Made by a program: the position numbers and the translations under genes
Notes under the pieces: generated by a model
The model's database searches: none
Told to the model about the DNA's origin: nothing
The model's input: only the letters and a program-made list of their open reading frames with translations
Assembly (NCBI GenBank): GCA_963723515.1
Contig: CAVRQT010000003.1
Location: 102,010-166,009 of the forward strand
Direction of reading: 5' to 3'
Origin: Vulcanimicrobiota bacterium
Lineage (GTDB): Bacteria; Vulcanimicrobiota; Vulcanimicrobiia; Vulcanimicrobiales; Vulcanimicrobiaceae
Length of the DNA stretch: 64,000 nucleotides
Part shown: positions 58,320 through 64,000 of the stretch, one piece after another
Layout: the number at the start of each line of letters is the position of its first letter
Numbering within the stretch: position 1 is the stretch's first letter

Positions 58320-60185
58320 TTAGCGCGTAGCGAACTCAAGCAAGAAGCGCCGGCCGGGTTGCGGGTAACCCGGTACGTCGGAGATTCGATGGTTTGCGAT
58401 GTTGTAGAGCCGCAACGAAAGCAGCGCATCGCTGCCCACTCGAAAGCGCGCGAAGCCGTCGAGACGGGTGTATCCGGCGGCTGGTTGCGGACTGAACGAA
58501 TAGAACTGGCCGCCGCGACTTTGGCTCGTCAGTCCCCAACTCTCAACGGCGCTGCGTGACGTGCCGACAAAGCCGAGCTCCGTACTAACCGAGAAAACCG
58601 GGCCGGCGGCTGAAATCCGCAGATTCGTGTTGGTATCGACGGCGCGGTAGAGATCCGTCACATTGACACGCGCATAGAGACGCCGCGCCGGAGGCGTTGT
58701 TATTTCTGCGGTTATGCCTTCGATATCCGCATGACCGATGTTCTGCGGAACGAAGTTTGCATCGGGAACGATCTTGTTGACCGTCTTTGAAGAGAACCAA
58801 GTGAGCGCCGCTCCGCCGAAGCTCGCCGCATCGCTCAATCGAACATCCGAAACGCGCATTCGCTCCGGCTGAAGGGCGCGGGTTGCCGAAGCCGCCGGGA
58901 AAGTACAGATCTTCGGCGCTCGGCGCACGGAACGCGGTCGCATAGTTTGCTCGAATGGTGAGCGCCGGAGAGAGCCGATGCAAAATGCCGAGAGCCGGCG
59001 CAACGATGCCTCCTTGGGCGCCGTCGCGTTCGGCGCGAATTCCGGCGTAAGCGCGATTCGCATCGCTCCAAAGCCAGCTTTGTTCGGCGTAGATTGCCGT
59101 TTGCGCATAGGCGTTGGTCGTGATATCGCCGATGCCGTCATCGAGCCGCGCGACGCCGCGCGCCAGGTCGATTCCATAAACGAGTTTGTTGCGCGGCGCG
59201 CGCACGGTGTTGCGCAAACTTGCCTGCACGCGCGCGTCGGTTGTGAGGGCCTCAGACGTTGTAAAGCAGTTCGGATCGTCCGGGTCGACGCAATAGAAGA
59301 GAAACTGCTCGGCTGCGCCGCCAAGTTCGAGCGTCGTTTCCGCGTGGACCGTTCGATGCGTGAAGCTTGCGAAGAGATTGCGGTCGACGCTGTCTTGCCG
59401 GCTCGGCGTTGTAAACTCGGCCGGCACAGACCCCGGATCGCCGAGATGGTGGGCGATCAATGCGCCGCTGATCTTTGTTTCCCACGAACCTTTATTGTTG
59501 TCGGCGACGAACCGCGCTGCGCTCAACTGTGAATCGGCAGCAGTGCGAACGCCCGTACCGTACGGGATAGTCGTTCGTCGCCACGCTGCGCTCGATCGTA
59601 ACGTTGCGCAATTGAAGGTGAAACGTGCGGTCACCGAATGAGCCGTCGGCCAATTTGAGCGCGGGACGTACCTTGCAGCGGCCGCGTGATGATATTGATG
59701 ACGCCGCCGACAGCGCCTGCGCCGTAGAGCGTCGAACCGCCGCCTTCAACGACCTCGATCCGATCGATGCCCGCGGTCGGAATCGAATTCAAATCGAGCG
59801 TTCCGGTCTGTTGACCCGCGGCGGGCAGGCCATCGAAGAGAATCAGGACCTGCGCCGATGTCGAGCCGCGCAATCCGACACTGCTGAGCGAGCCGGTCGA
59901 ACCGTAGCGAAAGACATTCACGCCCGGCAAATCGGCAACCGCGTCGGCGACGCTTGCAAAGCCGCGGCGTGCAATCTCATTTGCGGTCACGACGTACGTC
60001 GTGCGCACGGTATTTCTGAGCGTCTCCTCGGACCGATCGCTCGTCACGACGTGTCCGATTTCCGGGATCGGCGTTGCCGACGGATAGGGCGAGGGCGTCG
60101 CGTTTTGTGCGGATGCCGCGGCAAACGGCGCGATGATGAAGAACACCGCGCAAAGGAATGTGCCGAAGATCGAATGTGAAGACAT
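58320..60185 (-). pseudogene. btuB: TonB-dependent outer-membrane receptor (BtuB-like), at least 3 frameshifts
   Basis: Signal peptide plus plug domain in ORF 59631..60185 (VVTANEIARRG, GLRGSTSAQVLILFDGLP, IDRIEVVEGGGSTLYGAGAVGGVINIIT). The barrel is spread over ORFs 59492..59749, 58585..59634 and 58320..59324 (ANYATAFRAPS, ...RLYNIANHR...GRRFLLEFATR). A cobalamin riboswitch lies immediately upstream. Confidence 0.75.
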
Positions 60186-60364
60186 GCTGTCCCTCCTTCT
60201 CGCGAGGCGGATTCAAGCAACGTCTGCACCGGTATCCTGACTTGCGGGTCGTAGCCGAGGTGCTCGCGGCCTTCCGATCCTTTACGGATTGTGGCTTCCG
60301 AGCGGCTCACCGCATACAGTGGCGCGACCGTGCCGGCATCTCACCGGCTTCCCGCGCGCAGACG
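60186..60364 (-). promoter_or_regulatory. cobalamin (B12) riboswitch leader of the btuB-like operon
   Basis: The minus strand reads cgtctgc...GGGAAGCCGGTGAGATGCCGGCACGGTCGCGCCACTGT...GAAGCCAC...GGAAGGCC...GCAAGTCAGGATACCGGTGCagacg. P1 arms cgtctgc (60364-60358) and gcagacg (60227-60221) are complementary. The GCCACTG core and a B12 box (AGTCAGGATACCGGTGC) are present, followed by RBS GAAGGAGGG and ATG 60185. Matches the RF00174 consensus from memory. Confidence 0.8.
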
Positions 60365-60379
60365 CGAAGGTCCGCTCTT

Positions 60380-61223
60380 ACGAAGGTCGCGGCGCTCTTC
60401 CTCGTTGCTGTGGCGCCTTTGAGCGCGTGCACCCCTCCCGCGCAGGCGCCGCGCGCCCCCGCCCACGTGCAGCGCATCGTCTCCCTTGTGCCGTCGCTGA
60501 CCGAGGATCTCTTTGCGCTCGGCGTCGGCAAACACGTGGTCGCCGTTACGCAAGCCGACGATTATCCGCCGCTCGTGAAGCGGCTGCCGGCCGTCGCATC
60601 CTTCAGCAGCGTCAACAATGAGGCGATCGTTCACCTGCATGCCGATCTTGGTTGTCGGCATTCCCGCGCAGGAGCGGCTGACGGCGGCGCTTCGTTCAGC
60701 CGGAATCGTGACCGTGTTTCTGCCGGACGATTCCTATAGCGACATCTTCACCGACATCTCGGCGTTAGGTGCGTTGACTTCACACCGTGAGGCGGCGCTG
60801 AAATTGATTCGAGCGTTGCACGCGAAGACGAAGCGTCTGCAGCGCAGAGTCGTGCGTGCACATGCCAAACCGCACGTACTCTTCGTCATCAATGTCAAGC
60901 CGATCATCGTCGCGGGGGAACGTTCGTTCATCTCGACGCTGCTTGCGCTGAGCGGAGCAACGGATGCCGTGCATGTCGCGCAAGCGTATCCCGCGCTTTC
61001 CGCTGAAGCCGTTCTTCGAGCGCAACCCGACGCCATCGTGACGGACGACCAAACGCAGCTCCGTGCGGTGCTTGGCACGCCGCCGTGGCGCTCGCTCGCG
61101 GCAGTGCATCGCGGGCGCGTCTTCGTATTAGATAAGCGACACGCCGATGTCGTCGAGCGCCCGGGTCCACGGTACAACGAAGGCATCGCGTGGCTGATCG
61201 CACATCTGCACCCCGTTCACTGA
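60380..61223 (+). pseudogene. btuF: ABC transporter periplasmic substrate-binding lipoprotein (BtuF/FecB-like), 1 frameshift at 60650; start unresolved
   Basis: Lipobox ...KVAALFLVAVAPLSAC, then RIVSLVPSLTEDLFALGVG...NNEAIVHLHADL (ORF 60158..60739), joined to VVGIPAQERL...DAIVTDD...PGPRYNEGIAWL (ORF 60618..61223) by dropping g60650. Confidence 0.65.
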
Positions 61224-62297
61224 CGTCGCGCCCGAAAGCCGTCGTGCTGGGGGTGCAGCTTCCGCAAGCGCGAGATTCGTTCGCCGCGGAGCTCGCGGAA
61301 TTTGCGGCCCTGATCGAGGCGGCCGGCGCCTCCATCGTAGAAGAAATCGTCCAAAGTCGCGCTCGGCTCGATCCAGGATTTGTCGTTGGAAGCGGTAAGG
61401 CGCATGACGTTGCGGATCGCATCTCCGCAACCGCTGCGAAGCTGCTGTTCGTGTTGAATCCGATGCGGCCGCGCCAGCGACGCAATCTGGAACGGCTCAT
61501 CACCGTCCCGATCATCGACCGCACGATGTTGATCCTCGACGTCTTTGCGCGCCATGCCCGTTCGAGGGAAGGCAAGTTGCAAGTCGAGCTGGCGCAGCTG
61601 CGGTATCGGCAATCGAATTTGATCGGCGTCGGGACGCGATCTGTCGCGGCTCGGCGGCGGGATCGGCACGCGCGGCCCCGGCGAGACGAAATTGGAGACG
61701 GATCGGCGCCGCATCGCACAACGAATCAAAATGATTGCGCATGCCCTTGAAGGCGTGCGCCGCTCGCGTGCGACCCGACGCGACCGCGAGCGCACCGAGC
61801 CGATCGTGGCGCTGGTCGGATACACCAATGCCGGCAAATCTTCGCTGCTGAACCGGCTGGCGCGCGGCGACGCGCTCGTCGCCGATCAGCCCTTTGCGAC
61901 GCTCGATCCATTGATGCGCCGCGCTTATCTCGGTGATGGAAGGTTCGTGCGGGTGGTCGATACCGTCGGCTTCATCACGGATTTGCCGCCCGACCTCGTG
62001 ACGGCGTTTCAGGCGACGCTTGAAGAGCTGGACGCCGCGGATTTGTTCATCCATGTGATCGATGCCTCAAATCCGGATTGGAGACGGCAAGTCGCAAGCG
62101 TGGATATGATCTTGCACGACTTGCGGCTGAGCGGAAAGCCGCAACTTCTCGTCCTGAACAAGTGCGATGCTCTCGCCGAGCCGCCGCAGGCGCCGGAACA
62201 CTTCGACAAGCTCAGTGCGGGCTATCTCTGTATCAGCGCAAAAACCGGCGCGGGCATCGACGCGTTGCGCGCCGAAGTGCGTGAACGTTTCCCATGA
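61190..62297 (+). pseudogene. hflX: GTPase HflX, 1 frameshift at 61640
   Basis: ORF 61190..61750 (N-terminal HflX domain, LQVELAQLRY) joins ORF 61692..62297 via LSRLGGGIGTRGPGETKLETDRR once t61640 is dropped. G1 GYTNAGKSSLLN, G3 DTVGF, G4 NKCD. Confidence 0.8.
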
Positions 62298-62953
62298 AGC
62301 GGCTCCTCGTCGTCGCGCTGCTGGCGCTCTGCGCATGCAACCACTCTTCGCCGGATCCTTTCGTTGATGCGGTCCACGCAATGCGGGCTTCGGTTGTCTT
62401 ACTGACGATGCAAGTGCCGGATCATCACGCGTGGGATACGGAGTACGCGACCGGAACCGTGATCGCGAGCGGTTCCTGGGGCAGCGACATTCTGACAGTG
62501 CAACATGCCGTCGACCAAGCGCGCAACATCAAGCTCACGATTGCGAACCGTTATAAAGCAGCCGGAAAATTGGTCGCCGCCAATCCGAAACTCGACGTAG
62601 CGGTTGTTACGACGAAGGTCAAACTGCCGGTCGCACAGCTCGGCGATTCAACGCAAGCGCAGCCCGGTCAATCAATCGGGGTGATGGGCTACCCAATTCC
62701 CGACATCTTCGAAGCAGAAGGGCTCGGACTTGCGACCTCGATCAATTCCGGCCGGATATCAGCGATCCGTCCACATGCGATCGAGTTGAATCTGCCGATT
62801 GTTCCCGGCGAGAGCGGTGGTCCGGTGTTTACAAGCGATGGCGGCGCCGTCGTCGGCGTCGCCGAATCGCGGTTCGATGAAGAACGCTCCATCGGCTTCG
62901 CACTGCCCATCAACGAAGCGAAGCCGTTCCTGCATAAACACAGCCACTATTGA
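62294..62953 (+). CDS. trypsin-like serine protease lipoprotein (S1 family)
   Basis: Lipobox LLALCAC. Catalytic His (LTVQHAV), Asp (LDVAVV) and Ser (PGESGGPVF). ATGA overlap with the hflX stop. Confidence 0.7.
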   Translation: MKRLLVVALLALCACNHSSPDPFVDAVHAMRASVVLLTMQVPDHHAWDTEYATGTVIASGSWGSDILTVQHAVDQARNIKLTIANRYKAAGKLVAANPKLDVAVVTTKVKLPVAQLGDSTQAQPGQSIGVMGYPIPDIFEAEGLGLATSINSGRISAIRPHAIELNLPIVPGESGGPVFTSDGGAVVGVAESRFDEERSIGFALPINEAKPFLHKHSHY

Positions 62954-63742
62954 GGCTGCGGCGGCGCTTGAACGCCGGCCAGCGCCCGAATCTCGTCGCG
63001 CAATGCGCTGATCTCACGCCGTAACGCTTCGACCGAATGTTCGCCTGCGACAGATGCCTGCGGACTTGACGCGTCGCGGTCGATAAAGAAACTCGCGACC
63101 GACGCGGTGATGTAGCCGAAAATCGAAAAAGCGAAGACAGCCAGCAAAAAGCCGAGGATTCTTCCGGCCTCGGTGTGGGGGAAGTAATCCGATCCGAGCG
63201 TCGTCATGACCATCGCGGTCCACCACACTGACGTGCCGTAGCTCGTCAATTCCGTACCCGGATAGTGGCGCTCGAACGCGTACATGCCCGCAGCGCCGCC
63301 AAGCGTTACGATCCACGTTAAGGTCAATGCATACCCGAAGCCGCGCCGGCCCATAACGAGCGTCAAAGCCGACATTCCGCGGTTCACGCCGCTAAGCAGT
63401 CGCAAGATTTGCACTTGCCCGGACGGCACTGCGCCGAGGATCGGAACGATCCGCAAGATGTTTAACGCCGGCGCCACCAGCGCGATCGCCGTAAACCAAT
63501 TTGACTTGAGGAAGCGCACCTTGCTCGGTGCGATGATCAAACGCATTGCGAAGTCTACGATGAAGATTCGCCCAGATAACGTAGATGACCGTTTGCTCGA
63601 TACGCGTCAGACCCCAAATCATCTGCACGACGACGAGCGCAAACCATCCGATGCCTAAGACGATCAGCGGTTTTTCCATCATCTTATGGAGCTGCGCGAG
63701 AAGACGGTAGCGTTGCCGGGCGATCCGTTGATCCATGCTCAT
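62947..63742 (-). pseudogene. six-TM ion transport (voltage-gated-like) channel with non-canonical pore sequence, 1 frameshift at about 63568
   Basis: ORF 63392..63742 (S1-S2, ...IYVIWA) joins ORF 62947..63546 (IFIVDFAMRLIIAPSKVRFLKSNWF..., S4-like ILRIVPIL...ILRLLSGVNR, pore WWTAMVMTTLGSDYFP, C-terminal coiled coil ALRREISALRDEIRAL). Confidence 0.6.
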
Positions 63743-63757
63743 GTCACGATCCTTTGC

Positions 63758-64000
63758 TTACACCGAACGCACCTCACGTTCGGTAAGCTGTTCGCGAACG
63801 TGATGCGCTGCGAAAATTGAGCGATCTCCGATCCATTGCAGGGGCGGAATTTGCCAAAACGTCGCCATTGCCGCGAGCGCGCCAGCATACGCCACACGCA
63901 GCTCGGAAAAATCCCGCCACGAACGATCGGCATCGCGCATTTCGATTCCCATTTCGGCGAGCCGCGCATAGGCCTGATCGAACTCGTGCCGTTCGATGCC
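63758..64000 (-). CDS. hypothetical protein, 5' end outside window
   Basis: The frame of ORF 63758..63952 stays open to the window edge (GIERHEFDQAYARLAEMGIEMRDADRSWRDF...). Stop at 63758, 13 nt before the channel start. No family recognised. Confidence 0.4.
   Translation of the reverse strand, partial: GIERHEFDQAYARLAEMGIEMRDADRSWRDFSELRVAYAGALAAMATFWQIPPLQWIGDRSIFAAHHVREQLTEREVRSV

Noticed and set aside
60158-60380. Very long (~75 aa) N-terminal extension of the BtuF-like protein from ATG 60158 or GTG 60260
   Set aside because: This stretch lies antisense to the btuB start and to the whole cobalamin riboswitch, and its translation is Arg/Cys-rich. A lipoprotein signal begins only at about 60380. 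A Tat-like TRRSAL motif just upstream leaves the real start open.
1-64000. Programmed ribosomal frameshifting as the explanation for the split genes
   Set aside because: The junctions lack slippery heptamers (X XXY YYZ) or RF2/dnaX-like signals. They occur in unrelated gene families that are never recoded, and there are up to four per gene. Indels are the simpler explanation.

Overview
High-GC bacterial chromosomal segment on both strands, about 62 protein-coding genes, tightly packed with many ATGA/TGATG-type overlaps. I found no rRNA, tRNA, CRISPR array, transposase, integrase or phage gene. Left to right: phosphoesterase, manA, folK-folE2, M48 peptidase, amidohydrolase, Mrp/ApbC, dprA, a PYP-like PAS protein, hemL-like aminomutase, RsbW-like kinase, GIY-YIG protein, beta-lactamase-like hydrolase, an ABC-2 exporter operon interrupted by alkA and pirin, MFS transporter, a Lys/Arg/Ser-rich H1-like protein, alpha/beta hydrolase plus two paralogous secreted proteins, and Lhr-PdeM. 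Next comes a PaaX-flanked box/paa-like acyl-CoA cluster (paaH-like, thiolase, ALDH, BoxB/PaaA-family di-iron oxygenase, crotonase). Then DUF885, the ATP-dependent ligase plus MBL exonuclease (the other half of the ligase-associated DNA-damage module), cysK, asparaginase II, metH, VOC, YceI, TauE, an APC permease, nagA, a phosphohexomutase, a CHASE3-PP2C phosphatase and split transketolase. The right end holds a cobalamin-riboswitch-controlled btuB/C/D locus with divergent btuF, then hflX, a trypsin-like lipoprotein and an ion channel. The dominant sequence-level oddity is about 25-30 single-base frameshifts inside otherwise well-conserved genes. They are strongly clustered (26-27.7 kb, 32.7-34.3 kb, 41.6-44.5 kb, 54.6-63.7 kb) and create both split genes and false fusion ORFs. 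Best candidates for new biology: the partner-less BoxB-like oxygenase cluster, a photoactive-yellow-protein homologue whose chromophore cysteine is a tryptophan, several genes with no canonical start codon, and a tandem pair of unknown secreted proteins. All family assignments come from motif recognition by eye; no database search was possible.
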